Source: Omnitrophica WOR_2 bacterium RIFCSPLOWO2_12_FULL_51_24
GTDB lineage: Bacteria > Omnitrophota > Gorgyraeia > Pluralincolimonadales > Pluralincolimonadaceae
DNA length: 33,406 nt
Direction: 5' to 3'
NCBI GenBank assembly: GCA_001805885.1
Contig: MHHC01000020.1
Location: 1 to 33,406, forward strand
The stretch's first letter is position 1; each line of letters begins with the position of its first letter. The position numbers were made by a program, and so were the translations under genes. Shown in pieces: positions 1 to 8,667 of this stretch. Below the pieces are notes generated by a model, which saw nothing but the letters and a program-made list of their open reading frames with translations, was not told the DNA's origin and did not search any database.

Positions 1-66
1 ACCAGGCTCGCTGGAGGGAGGCTGACAAGCGAGGTAAAGCAGGTCGCCAAGGAGGAGATCGAATGA
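1..66 (+). CDS. xseA: Probable C-terminal fragment of exodeoxyribonuclease VII large subunit (5-prime end outside window)
   Basis: Frame 1 is open from base 1 to a TGA at 64-66 (TRLAGGRLTSEVKQVAKEEIE*). That stop overlaps the xseB ATG at 63 in an ATGA junction. Identity is inferred only from the common xseA-xseB gene order; 21 residues are too few to recognise. Confidence 0.35.
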   Translation, partial: TRLAGGRLTSEVKQVAKEEIE

Positions 67-302
67 CTGCCGAGATGAAATTTGAGGAAGCGCTGAAAAA
101 GTTGGAGAGGACCGTATCTGACCTCGAGTCCGGCGAATTGTCGCTGGATGATTCGCTCAAAAGATACGAAGAAGGCGTGAAGCTGGCGCAATTCTGCTCG
201 AAAAAGCTGGAGACCGCGCGCAGGAAAGTCGAGATTCTCGTCAAGACAAGCGGCGGCAAGCTGGAAGCGAAGCCGTTTGACGAAAAGGCGCTCGAGGAAT
301 AG
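63..302 (+). CDS. xseB: Exodeoxyribonuclease VII small subunit
   Basis: A 79-aa helical protein. The stretch FEEALKKLERTVSDLESGELSLDDSLKRYEEGVKLAQFCSKKLETARRKVEIL matches the characteristic XseB pattern. It is followed by ispA and dxs, a common bacterial arrangement. Confidence 0.9.
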   Translation: MTAEMKFEEALKKLERTVSDLESGELSLDDSLKRYEEGVKLAQFCSKKLETARRKVEILVKTSGGKLEAKPFDEKALEE

Positions 303-316
303 CAAGGAGAAACCGA

Positions 317-1132
317 TTGAAGACCGCTATTTACCTCAAGGTGAGACAAAAGTTAATCGACGCGGCATTGGAATCTTATCTCCCGGGCGAGAATGAATAT
401 CCGAGAGAGATCCACAAGGCGATGAGGTATTCAATATTTACCGGCGGTAAAAGGGTAAGGCCGATACTTACTTTGGCTTCATGCGAAGCGTGCGGCGGAA
501 ATATAAAAGAAGCCATCCCGGCCGCCTGCGCCGTCGAGATAGTCCATACCTATTCCCTGATACACGACGACCTGCCGGCGATGGACGATGACGACTATAG
601 GAGAGGCAAGCCTACCTGCCACAAGAAATTCGGCGAAGGGATCGCGGTTTTGGCCGGCGACGCGCTTTTAACTTATGCCTTTGAGCTTTTGACCGGGGGG
701 AGAGACCCTGCCGTAAACAATGAGATAATAAGGTCACTAGCCGAGGCGATCGGCAGCAACGGGATGATAGGCGGACAGGTCGTGGATATCCATAATCAGG
801 TGGACCCGGACCTGCCGACGCTTACATATATAAATGCCCACAAGACAGGAGCGCTGATCTCTGCTTCGTGTAAGATCGGGGCGCTGGCCGCTAAGGCGCC
901 GAAGAAAAAAATCGACGCGCTCAAAAGGTACGGCGAATATATCGGCTTTACGTTTCAGGTCGTAGATGATATATTAGATAAAGAAGGTTTCGCTCTCGCG
1001 CTAGGGGTTGACGGCGCAAGAAGAGAGGCCGCAAGGCTTATCGCTAAATCCCACAAAGAACTGGAGATCTTCGGAAGAAGGGCTAAACCGTTAAAAGACC
1101 TGGCCGTCTTCATTTTAAACCGCAAAAAATAA
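317..1132 (+). CDS. ispA: Short-chain (E)-polyprenyl diphosphate synthase (farnesyl/geranylgeranyl diphosphate synthase)
   Basis: TTG start preceded by AAGGAGA at 304-310. The first Asp-rich motif is IHDDLPAMDDDDYRRGKP and the second is FQVVDDILD. KTGAL is also present. Product chain length cannot be determined from the sequence. Confidence 0.85.
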   Translation: MKTAIYLKVRQKLIDAALESYLPGENEYPREIHKAMRYSIFTGGKRVRPILTLASCEACGGNIKEAIPAACAVEIVHTYSLIHDDLPAMDDDDYRRGKPTCHKKFGEGIAVLAGDALLTYAFELLTGGRDPAVNNEIIRSLAEAIGSNGMIGGQVVDIHNQVDPDLPTLTYINAHKTGALISASCKIGALAAKAPKKKIDALKRYGEYIGFTFQVVDDILDKEGFALALGVDGARREAARLIAKSHKELEIFGRRAKPLKDLAVFILNRKK

Positions 1133-1135
1133 ATT

Positions 1136-3016
1136 ATGTTTAAAATCCTGAATTCCATAAACTCTCCGCAGGACATGAGGATCCTTTCAAAAGAAGAACG
1201 CGAGCTTCTGGCTAAAGAGGTCAGGGAGCTTATTGTCAATACGATCTCCAGGACCGGAGGCCATCTGGCTCCGAGCCTCGGCGCGGTAGAGATCGTGATC
1301 GCCCTTCATTATTGCTTAAATACGCCTTACGATAAGATAGTTTGGGACGTGGGCCATCAGGCTTATGCCCATAAGATACTTACCGGCAGGCGCGATAAGT
1401 TTAAGACGATACGCCAGTTCGGCGGGCTTAGCGGTTTTCCGAATATCAACGAGAGCGAATACGACACCTTTACGGTCGGACACGGTTCCACCTCTATATC
1501 GTCGGCATTGGGATTAGCGAAGGCGAGGGACATTGCGGGCGAGGCCTATAAGGTAGTTGCGGTCATAGGCGACGGCTCACTCGTTGGCGGAATGGCGCTC
1601 GAGGCGTTAAACCACGCCGGGCGCTCAAATACCAATATATTGATAATCTTAAACGACAACGAGATGTCGATCTCCCCCTCCGTAGGAGCGCTATCAAAAT
1701 ATCTCAATAAGATACTCATCAATCCCACATACAATAAGATCCACAAGGACCTCGAGGGGCTCATAAAAAGAGTGCCTTGGTATGGCTTTAGGGCCTACCG
1801 GGCCGCCAAGAAGCTCGAGGAGAGCGTAAAAGGGCTCTTGATACCCGGTATGCTGTTTGAGGAACTGGGGCTGAGATATATTGGGCCGATCGACGGGAAT
1901 AACCTTGAAGAGTTGATAGCGACTATCGATAGCGCTTTAAGGTTGGACGGGCCGATATTGATACACACGCTTACGAAAAAGGGGAAAGGGTACGCGCTCG
2001 CCGAAAAACATCCCGAGAAGTTTCACGGCACAGCGCCCTTTGATATCGGGACCGGAGAGGTAAGAGACGCGCAGCCTGATCCGGTAAAGTCTTTCACCGA
2101 GGCGTTCTCCGACGCGATAATGGATATCGCGAGGGAGAACCCCAAGGTAGCCGCGGTAACAGCCGCCATGTCGGACGGCACGGGCCTCGATGAGTTCCAT
2201 AAGGCGTATCCTGACAGATTTTTTGATGTCGGCATGGCCGAGCAGCACGCTGTTACGTTCGCGGCAGGTCTCGCGAAAGGCGGGCTTATGCCGATCGTCG
2301 CCATCTATTCTACTTTTATGCAGCGGTCTTACGACCAGATAGTGCACGACGTATGCCTCCAAAATCTTCATGTGGTACTTTGTCTTGATCGCGCAGGCAT
2401 CGTGGGAGAAGACGGGCCTACGCATCACGGGCTTTTCGATATTCCTTATCTGAGGCACATGCCTAACATCACTATAATGGCGCCGAAAGACCAATCCGAA
2501 CTTAAGGCGATGTTGAAGTTCGCCGTCGACGGATGCAAGGGGCCGGTCGCCATCAGATATCCGCGCGGAAAGATCGTGGCGCCGCCTGTCTTGGAGGCGA
2601 CGGCGCCCATATCCTGCGGGAAAGCGGAAGTCATGTCGAAGGAGGGTGAACTTGCGATACTCGCGGTCGGTTCTATGGTCTGGCCGGCTGCCGCTGCGGC
2701 CGGGTTGTTATTTAACGAGGGGATAAGAACTTCGCTCATAAATGTCAGGTTCATAAAGCCTCTTGACGAGGAATTACTGAAAAACCTGGCGTCGAAAACA
2801 AATAGATTTGTGGTCGTAGAAGAAGGGGTCCTTGAAGGAGGATTCGGTAGTGCGGTCATGGAATTTTTTGAACGCGAAAATATAGATGATATATCCGTAA
2901 AAAGAATAGGCCTTCCCAGCAAGTTCATCGAGCACGGCAAGAAATCGGAGCTCCTTAAGAATTACGGATTGGATGCTCAGGGGATAGCCGCGGAGATAAA
3001 AAAATGGCGAAGATAA
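1136..3016 (+). CDS. dxs: 1-deoxy-D-xylulose-5-phosphate synthase
   Basis: A 626-aa protein with typical DXS motifs: GGHLAPSLGAVE, VWDVGHQAYAHKILTGRR, the ThDP motif IGDGSLVGGMALEALNH...LNDNEMSIS, and the DRAGIVGEDGPTHHG pyrimidine-binding region. Confidence 0.95.
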   Translation: MFKILNSINSPQDMRILSKEERELLAKEVRELIVNTISRTGGHLAPSLGAVEIVIALHYCLNTPYDKIVWDVGHQAYAHKILTGRRDKFKTIRQFGGLSGFPNINESEYDTFTVGHGSTSISSALGLAKARDIAGEAYKVVAVIGDGSLVGGMALEALNHAGRSNTNILIILNDNEMSISPSVGALSKYLNKILINPTYNKIHKDLEGLIKRVPWYGFRAYRAAKKLEESVKGLLIPGMLFEELGLRYIGPIDGNNLEELIATIDSALRLDGPILIHTLTKKGKGYALAEKHPEKFHGTAPFDIGTGEVRDAQPDPVKSFTEAFSDAIMDIARENPKVAAVTAAMSDGTGLDEFHKAYPDRFFDVGMAEQHAVTFAAGLAKGGLMPIVAIYSTFMQRSYDQIVHDVCLQNLHVVLCLDRAGIVGEDGPTHHGLFDIPYLRHMPNITIMAPKDQSELKAMLKFAVDGCKGPVAIRYPRGKIVAPPVLEATAPISCGKAEVMSKEGELAILAVGSMVWPAAAAAGLLFNEGIRTSLINVRFIKPLDEELLKNLASKTNRFVVVEEGVLEGGFGSAVMEFFERENIDDISVKRIGLPSKFIEHGKKSELLKNYGLDAQGIAAEIKKWRR

Positions 3017-3207
3017 CCATAGATAGAGAAGCGTGCAAGGGCTGTGAGCTCTGCTCGATAAACTGCCCGGAGAAGCTTATATTTATGGATGACTCGCTGA
3101 ACATCCGCGGCGTGCATCCCGCGAAATTCCGCGATTCGGATAAATGCAAGGGTTGTAAGATGTGCGCTATAATGTGTCCTGAAATATGCATAGAGGTATA
3201 TAAATAG
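3004..3207 (+). CDS. korD: 2x[4Fe-4S] ferredoxin-type delta subunit of 2-oxoacid:ferredoxin oxidoreductase
   Basis: A 67-aa protein with two CxxCxxCxxxCP clusters (CKGCELCSINCP and CKGCKMCAIMCP). Its start overlaps the dxs stop by 13 nt, and it abuts the alpha subunit with 0 nt spacing. Confidence 0.75.
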   Translation: MAKITIDREACKGCELCSINCPEKLIFMDDSLNIRGVHPAKFRDSDKCKGCKMCAIMCPEICIEVYK

Positions 3208-4299
3208 ATGGCAAAGATAATGATGTGCGGGAATGAGGTAATAGGCGAGGCGGCGATCCACGCGGGCTGCACTTTTTACGCCGGATACCCGATAACCCCC
3301 CAGAACGAACTGCCGCAGTATATGTCTTCGAGGATGACCGAGGCAGGCGGGACCTTTATCCAGGCGGAATCGGAACTCGCCGCGATAAACATGATATTCG
3401 GCGCTGCCGCGGCCGGCGCCCGCGCGATGACATCGAGCTCGAGCCCGGGCATAAGCCTTAAGCAGGAAGGGATATCATATCTTTCGGCGTGCCAGCTTCC
3501 TGCCGTTATAGTGAATATGATGCGGGGCGGTCCGGGATTGGGCAACATCGCACCGTCGCAGGCGGATTATTTCCAGGCGACGCGCGGCGGCGGACACGGA
3601 GACTATCGGACGATAGTTCTGGCACCCTCGGCCGTAGAAGAGGCCTGGCATCTGACGCATCTCGCGTTTGACCTGGCCGATGAATACAGGAATCCTGTCA
3701 TAATACTTGGGGACGGGATCCTGGGCCAGATGATGGAGCCTATCGAGGTCGTCAGAAAACATCTTCATGGCCGGGTGGCGAATCATGATTCCCGCAAGCC
3801 ATGGGCGCTGACCGGATGCAAGGGCAGAAAGCCTAATGTGATACGTTCGTTATATCTTGGTGAGGGCGAACTCGAGGAATTCAACAGGATCCTTCAGATG
3901 AAATTCAATAAAATCAAATCGAAGGAAGTACGCTTCGAGCCCGTGTATACCGAAGATTCGGATTTGGTGGTGGTGGCGTATGGCACGACTAGCAGGATAG
4001 TCCGTTCCGCGATATCTAAAGCGCGGCACGAAAGGCTGCATGTCGGTATGCTGAGGCCCATCACGTTATGGCCTTTTCCCGAAGCGGAGTTGAACAAACT
4101 GGCGAAGAAGACGAAGGCGTTTATGGTGGTCGAGATGAGCGCCGGTCAGATGGTAGATGATGTGAAACTCTCGGTCTCGGGGAAGAGGCCCATACATTTT
4201 TACGGAAGGGCGGGCGGCGGCATCCCCACTGAGGAAGCGGTCCTGGACATGATAAGAGATATACTCAGGCCCAAAGCAAGGAATAAAGTCTACATATGA
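3208..4299 (+). CDS. korA: 2-oxoacid (probably 2-oxoglutarate):ferredoxin oxidoreductase alpha subunit
   Basis: A 363-aa protein. GNEVIGEAAIHAGCTFYAGYPITPQNE and the FIQAESELAAINMIFGAAAAGARAMTSSSSPG pattern are typical of OFOR alpha subunits. Subunit sizes (67/363/244/180 aa) fit the four-subunit Kor/Oor type. Substrate specificity is inferred, not shown. Confidence 0.8.
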   Translation: MAKIMMCGNEVIGEAAIHAGCTFYAGYPITPQNELPQYMSSRMTEAGGTFIQAESELAAINMIFGAAAAGARAMTSSSSPGISLKQEGISYLSACQLPAVIVNMMRGGPGLGNIAPSQADYFQATRGGGHGDYRTIVLAPSAVEEAWHLTHLAFDLADEYRNPVIILGDGILGQMMEPIEVVRKHLHGRVANHDSRKPWALTGCKGRKPNVIRSLYLGEGELEEFNRILQMKFNKIKSKEVRFEPVYTEDSDLVVVAYGTTSRIVRSAISKARHERLHVGMLRPITLWPFPEAELNKLAKKTKAFMVVEMSAGQMVDDVKLSVSGKRPIHFYGRAGGGIPTEEAVLDMIRDILRPKARNKVYI

Positions 4300-5030
4300 A
4301 AAAAATATTTGGGCGCCCCAGGTCATTGAGGGATGTGCCCACGCATTATTGTTCGGGCTGCGGGCATAGCCTGGCGCACCGGCTCATTTGCGAGGTGATA
4401 GATGAACTCGGGATACGCGAAGATGTGATAGCCGTCTGTCCTGTCGGGTGCGCTGTCATCGCCTACGAATACTGGGATTTCGATTGCTCGGAGGCGGCAC
4501 ACGGGAGGACGCCATGCGTTGCTACCGGCATAAAACGCGTCCATCCCGATAAGATCGTCTTCAGTTACCAGGGCGACGGCGACCTCGCGGCCATAGGTAC
4601 AGCCGAGATAATCCATACGGCGAACCGCGGCGAAAATATAACGGTGATATTCATAAATAACGGCGTCTACGGCATGACTAACGGACAGATGGCGCCGACT
4701 ACCTTGGTAGGGCAGAGGACATCGACGACACCGCGCGGCCGCGACATCCTGCGCGACGGTTATCCGCTTAAAATATCAGAGCTCTTGGCTCAACTGCCGG
4801 GCCCGAGGTATGTCGAACGCGTCTCGGTCGATACTCCGGCTAATATAGTTAAAACGAAAGCCGCGATAAAAAAAGCGTTCAAGAACCAGATCAATAAAAA
4901 GGGCTTCTCCCTGGTAGAGGTCTTGTCGCCGTGCCCGACTTATTGGGGGCTTTCTCCTAAGGATGCCTGCGTCCGCATCTCCGAGGAGATGACGAAGGTT
5001 TTTCCGCTCGGCGTGATAAAGGATACATAA
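4296..5030 (+). CDS. korB: 2-oxoacid:ferredoxin oxidoreductase beta subunit (ThDP-binding)
   Basis: A 244-aa protein with the N-terminal HYCSGCGH Cys motif and the ThDP motif GDGDLAAIG...FINNGVYGMTNGQ. It has an ATGA overlap with the alpha subunit. Confidence 0.85.
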   Translation: MKKIFGRPRSLRDVPTHYCSGCGHSLAHRLICEVIDELGIREDVIAVCPVGCAVIAYEYWDFDCSEAAHGRTPCVATGIKRVHPDKIVFSYQGDGDLAAIGTAEIIHTANRGENITVIFINNGVYGMTNGQMAPTTLVGQRTSTTPRGRDILRDGYPLKISELLAQLPGPRYVERVSVDTPANIVKTKAAIKKAFKNQINKKGFSLVEVLSPCPTYWGLSPKDACVRISEEMTKVFPLGVIKDT

Positions 5031-5033
5031 AGG

Positions 5034-5576
5034 ATGAAAGAGGAGATAATATTCGCGGGTTTCGGCGGGCAGGGGATAATGGTTATGGGGAAGGTCCTCG
5101 CCTGGGCCGCGATGCGCGAGGGCCTGAAGGTCACATGGATGCCTTCATACGGCGCGGAAGTACGCGGCGGCACTGCGCATTCGATGGTCGTCATCTCCGA
5201 TGAGATGGTCCCTTCGCCGGTCGTGACAAATCCGACCGCGTGCGTCGTCATGAACAGGCCGTCTATGGACAGGTATGAGGATTCGCTGACGCCGTCGGGT
5301 ACTTTGATAGTCAACTCTACGTTGATAGATAGGCAGGCGGCAAGAAATGATATCGACGTGTTGGAAATACCTGTTACGCAGATGGCTACGGACTTGGGCA
5401 ATACGCGCTGCGCGAACATGATAGCCCTCGGCGCGTTGAACGCTAAATTAAAGATAGTATCGATGAGGGCCCTGGTCGACGCTTTAAAGGAAGTGATACC
5501 TGCCGACAAGCATGACCTTATTCCGATAAACGAAGAAGCGCTGAAAGAAGGCGCTAAGCTGGTCTCAAGGCATTAA
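5034..5576 (+). CDS. korC: 2-oxoacid:ferredoxin oxidoreductase gamma subunit
   Basis: A 180-aa protein. IIFAGFGGQGIMVMGKVLAWAAMREG and SYGAEVRGGTAHSMVVIS are typical of the OFOR gamma domain. Confidence 0.8.
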   Translation: MKEEIIFAGFGGQGIMVMGKVLAWAAMREGLKVTWMPSYGAEVRGGTAHSMVVISDEMVPSPVVTNPTACVVMNRPSMDRYEDSLTPSGTLIVNSTLIDRQAARNDIDVLEIPVTQMATDLGNTRCANMIALGALNAKLKIVSMRALVDALKEVIPADKHDLIPINEEALKEGAKLVSRH

Positions 5577-6907
5577 TGGTAAAAGTGAGATTCGCCCCAT
5601 CCCCTACGGGTTTTTTGCACATAGGAAGCGCCCGCACAGCGCTCTTTAACTGGCTCTTTGCCAGGCATGAGAAGGGTGTGTTCGTCTTCAGGGTCGAGGA
5701 CACGGACAAGGAGCGCTCGAAAGATGAATTCCTTCAGGAGATTATAAGCTCGCTCGAGTGGCTTGGCATGAGCTGGGATGAAGGTCCCTATTATCAGACG
5801 AAACGGATTGATGTCTACCGTGACTATGCCAAGAAGTTGTTTAGGGAAGGAAAGGCCTACGAGGCCGAAGGGACACTTGGCGGCGAAAAAGCGATAATCC
5901 TTGCAATGCCGAAAGGTACTATAACCCTGGATGACCTCGTCCACGGCCCGGTCTCATTCGATATGAACCTGCAGAAAGACCTCGTCCTTATGAAATCCGA
6001 CGGGTTCCCGGCATATAACTTCGCCTGTGTTATCGACGATTTCGATATGAAGGTAACCCATGTTATAAGGGGCGACGACCACATCTCGAACACGCCGAAA
6101 CAGTTGGCGGTCTATCAGGCGCTTGCGATCGATCCGCCGAAATTCGCACACATCCCGCTTATATTGGGAACGGACCGTTCCCGCATGTCAAAGCGCCACG
6201 GCGCGACGTCTATCTCCGATTACAGGCAGATGGGCTTCCTGCCGGATGCCCTCGTAAATTATATCTCCCTTTTGGGTTGGGCGCCGACAGGGGACCGCGA
6301 GGTGATGCCCATCGATGAGATAATAAGGGAATTTTCCCTGGAAAGGGTCGGGAAGACAGGTGCGGTATTCGATATAAACAAATTGATCTGGATGAACGGT
6401 GAATATATAAGGGCTAGAAAAATCGAGGACCTTATTCCGCTTGTCGTACCGAGGATTAAGGAGAGCGGCGCTATCCGCGATGATTACGACAAAGGCCGCC
6501 TCACGGAAGTAGTGAGGCTTTTTCATCCCCGCGCAAAGACGATCACAGAGCTTGCCGATTCGGTCGCCCCATTTTTTACCGACGGGGTAACTTATGATGA
6601 GGCTGCGGTTGCCTCTGTCCTCGCGAAAGAGGGGGTAAAAGCGAAACTGGAAGTGGTTATCGCAAAATTCAGTTCACTCAAGACATTTGACCCCCAGACG
6701 CTCGAAACCTGCATAAGGGACCTCGCTTCTGAATCAGGGACAAAAGCGGCGGACTTTATCCATCCCATCCGCGTAGCCGTAACAGGCTGCAAGGTCGGCG
6801 CGAGCCTATTCGAGACGATCGCTCTCATCGGCAAAGAAAAGACGATAATGCGCCTTAAGGCCGGTCTCGCCAAAGCCTTATCGAAATATGATAGCGGTCC
6901 AATATGA
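5576..6907 (+). CDS. gltX: Glutamyl-tRNA synthetase (short form, 443 aa)
   Basis: Class I motifs are present: HIGS in PSPTGFLHIGSARTALFNW and KMSKS as RMSKRHG. DDFDMKVTHVIRGDDHISNTPKQ is characteristic of GluRS. Its start overlaps the korC stop in a TAATG junction. Confidence 0.93.
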   Translation: MVKVRFAPSPTGFLHIGSARTALFNWLFARHEKGVFVFRVEDTDKERSKDEFLQEIISSLEWLGMSWDEGPYYQTKRIDVYRDYAKKLFREGKAYEAEGTLGGEKAIILAMPKGTITLDDLVHGPVSFDMNLQKDLVLMKSDGFPAYNFACVIDDFDMKVTHVIRGDDHISNTPKQLAVYQALAIDPPKFAHIPLILGTDRSRMSKRHGATSISDYRQMGFLPDALVNYISLLGWAPTGDREVMPIDEIIREFSLERVGKTGAVFDINKLIWMNGEYIRARKIEDLIPLVVPRIKESGAIRDDYDKGRLTEVVRLFHPRAKTITELADSVAPFFTDGVTYDEAAVASVLAKEGVKAKLEVVIAKFSSLKTFDPQTLETCIRDLASESGTKAADFIHPIRVAVTGCKVGASLFETIALIGKEKTIMRLKAGLAKALSKYDSGPI

Positions 6908-8508
6908 CCGAAAAAATAAACGTACTTATCCTCATCGTATGCTGTCTTTTTTTGTATTTTATCGGCAGCACATCCATTAATCTTACCGACCCGGACGAGG
7001 TCTTCTACTCCGATACGGCGAAAGAAATGATTGTTAACAACAGCGTCCTGACGCCGCTTATCTTCGGGAAACCCCAATTCGAGAAACCGCCCCTGTTTTA
7101 CTGGTCGCTTATGGCCTCCTTCAAGATGTTCGGCATAAATACGTTCGCCGCGCGGCTTGTCCCGGCGCTCTTCGGGATAATAGGGGTATTGGGCACCTAT
7201 TTCTTTATGAGGAAGATCTTTAGCGGTTCAATATCTTTTTACGCGGCGCTCTTTTTGTCGACAGCCTTCCTGTATTTTGGGCTTTCTAAGACCGTGATCA
7301 CCGATATCGCATTTTCAGTCTTTGCGGCCCTTACCCTTTACGCCTTTTATCTCTGGCATAGGTTCAAGAAAGAGGCATATATCGTCCTTTTCATGATCTT
7401 CCTGTCCCTGGCAATGCTGACCAAGGGACCGCTGGTGTTAGTCCTGTCTTTAGCGGCCATTATCCCGTTCCTGGCGATAACAAAAGATCTTAAAGCCTTG
7501 CGGCCTTTTCTGCTCAATCCGTATTGGATCATTTTTCTGGCGCTCGGCTGCAGCTGGTTTATTTACGCCTCTTTGAAATACGGCAGGGAGTTCACGGGGG
7601 AGTTTTTTATGCGCGATAACTGGCACAGGATACTTTATGCCGAGCATCCCCACTCGGATAGGTGGCATTTCTATCCGGTCATCATAGTGGGCGGGATGTT
7701 TCCCTGGACGGCATACCTTTTGCTGATGGGGAAGGGTTTCAGGAGATACAAGAACGAGTATATATTTTTTATTTCCTGGATATGCACCACCTTCATTATA
7801 TTGACTTTCGCGCATTCCAAATTGGCGAGTTACATACTTCCGATCTTCCCGGCGGTCTGCTGCGCCCTCGCCATCTCCTTGGATTCCTTGACCGGGAGGT
7901 CGAAGATGACGTTCCTTGCCGGAATTGTAAATATCCTGCTCGGAATAACGGCTTTGGCGGCTGTGCCGTTTATCGCCAAAGAATACCCGGATCTGTCCAA
8001 ACCTCTTTTTTTGAGCCTGCTGCTGCTTTTTATATTCATGTCGGCAGGCGGGATATTTCTTATGCGGGGCAAGTTCAAGCAGGCTATTTTTATAAATATC
8101 GCCGGCATGGCGGCCTTTCTTCTAGCGGGAGTTTCCACGGTCCCGAATAGGCTGGAGACCGCTTTCAGCGACCATAGCCTGCCCGGGATCGTACGGCAAT
8201 ATGATTATCAGGGAGAACAGATACTTTGCAGTAAGATATACGTGAGGGGGGTATATTTTTATACGGGCAACCCCGTTATAGTGTTGAATCTGGGCGACAA
8301 AACCCCTTTTTGGAGCAATCACCCGCTGGATGTGATCAGCACGGAAGGGGAGATGAGATCCCTTTTCAATAGTAGAGACAGGATATTATGCGTTTTGACA
8401 GATGACGGCCTGGAGAATCTAAACGAATTCTTCGGCAACAGCAGGACGAATACGGTCATCTCCCATAATTTGGACAGGGCCGTTGTCTTAAGCGAAAAGC
8501 CCCGGTAA
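6904..8508 (+). CDS. GT-C fold glycosyltransferase, family 39 / ArnT-like (polyprenyl-phosphate-sugar dependent)
   Basis: A 534-aa protein with about 11-12 hydrophobic segments. An N-terminal loop motif, DPDEVFYSDTAKEM, follows TM1, as in ArnT/PMT-type enzymes. A soluble C-terminal domain of about 120 aa follows. It has an ATGA overlap with gltX. The acceptor substrate is unknown. Confidence 0.75.
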   Translation: MTEKINVLILIVCCLFLYFIGSTSINLTDPDEVFYSDTAKEMIVNNSVLTPLIFGKPQFEKPPLFYWSLMASFKMFGINTFAARLVPALFGIIGVLGTYFFMRKIFSGSISFYAALFLSTAFLYFGLSKTVITDIAFSVFAALTLYAFYLWHRFKKEAYIVLFMIFLSLAMLTKGPLVLVLSLAAIIPFLAITKDLKALRPFLLNPYWIIFLALGCSWFIYASLKYGREFTGEFFMRDNWHRILYAEHPHSDRWHFYPVIIVGGMFPWTAYLLLMGKGFRRYKNEYIFFISWICTTFIILTFAHSKLASYILPIFPAVCCALAISLDSLTGRSKMTFLAGIVNILLGITALAAVPFIAKEYPDLSKPLFLSLLLLFIFMSAGGIFLMRGKFKQAIFINIAGMAAFLLAGVSTVPNRLETAFSDHSLPGIVRQYDYQGEQILCSKIYVRGVYFYTGNPVIVLNLGDKTPFWSNHPLDVISTEGEMRSLFNSRDRILCVLTDDGLENLNEFFGNSRTNTVISHNLDRAVVLSEKPR

Positions 8509-8515
8509 TATTTTA

Positions 8516-8544
8516 TTCCGTTTCTCCGGCAAATCAGGTATAAT
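8516..8544 (+). promoter_or_regulatory. Possible sigma70-type promoter for tRNA-Gln
   Basis: A perfect TATAAT lies at 8539-8544, 33 nt upstream of the tRNA 5-prime end. The -35 at 17-nt spacing is weak (TTCCGT). Confidence 0.3.
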
Positions 8545-8576
8545 CATTTCTCGGTAACAACAGGTTCGAGATCCTC

Positions 8577-8650
8577 TGCCCCGTTGGGTAATGGTAGCCC
8601 ACAAGATTCTGGATCTTGCTGTCTTGGTTCGAGTCCAAGCGGGGCAACCA
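8577..8650 (+). tRNA. tRNA-Gln (anticodon CTG)
   Basis: Hand-folded cloverleaf. The acceptor is TGCCCCG/CGGGGCA, with the U1:A72 pair typical of bacterial tRNA-Gln. The D stem is GGGT/GCCC. The anticodon stem CAAGA/TCTTG carries loop TTCTGGA. The T arm is CTTGG-TTCGAGT-CCAAG. The discriminator is A and CCA is encoded. Length is 74 nt. Confidence 0.9.
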
Positions 8651-8667
8651 AGCCTATAGAGGAAAAT

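Noticed and set aside
1937-2494. Long minus-strand ORFs. This 185-aa ORF is one example. Others are 2446-2940, 4940-5509, 6592-7077, 13983-14483, 15908-16402, 21057-21521, 31283-31726, 32743-33207 and 33003-33359.
   Set aside because: Each lies entirely antisense to a + strand gene whose product carries unmistakable conserved family motifs (dxs, korB/C, gltX, LacI, GH2, gltB/D). The translations are low-complexity, rich in Arg, Ser and Pro, with no recognisable motifs and no RBS. They are typical shadow ORFs.
7031-7040. The 10-bp palindrome TTGTTAACAA, and other TAACA-containing half-sites inside coding regions (for example ATCGATAACA near 17055), considered as extra LacI operators.
   Set aside because: They lack the central CG and the full 14-bp dyad. 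They lie deep in coding sequence and are explained by codons (for example VTIDN).
7662-8150. Plus-strand alternative-frame ORFs overlapping real genes. This 162-aa ORF lies in the GT39 gene. Others are 3489-3671, 8835-9029, 9949-10137, 14830-15015, 16003-16197, 22912-23127, 26456-26794 and 27119-27337.
   Set aside because: They are out of frame relative to well-supported CDSs. Their composition is Arg/Gly-rich and atypical, and they have no motifs or start signals.
8555-8576. A T-arm-like GGTTCGAGATCC just upstream of tRNA-Gln, considered as a possible tRNA remnant or att-site duplication.
   Set aside because: Only about 8 nt are shared with the genuine T-arm. The flanks cannot form a 5-bp T stem or an acceptor stem. 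No second copy or integrase lies nearby.
8584-8667. N-terminal extension of the track ORF 8584-9165 (MGNGSPQDSGSCCLGSSPSGATKPIEEN).
   Set aside because: It overlaps the tRNA-Gln gene (8577-8650) almost completely. The internal ATG at 8668, which has an upstream purine-rich tract, is the credible start.
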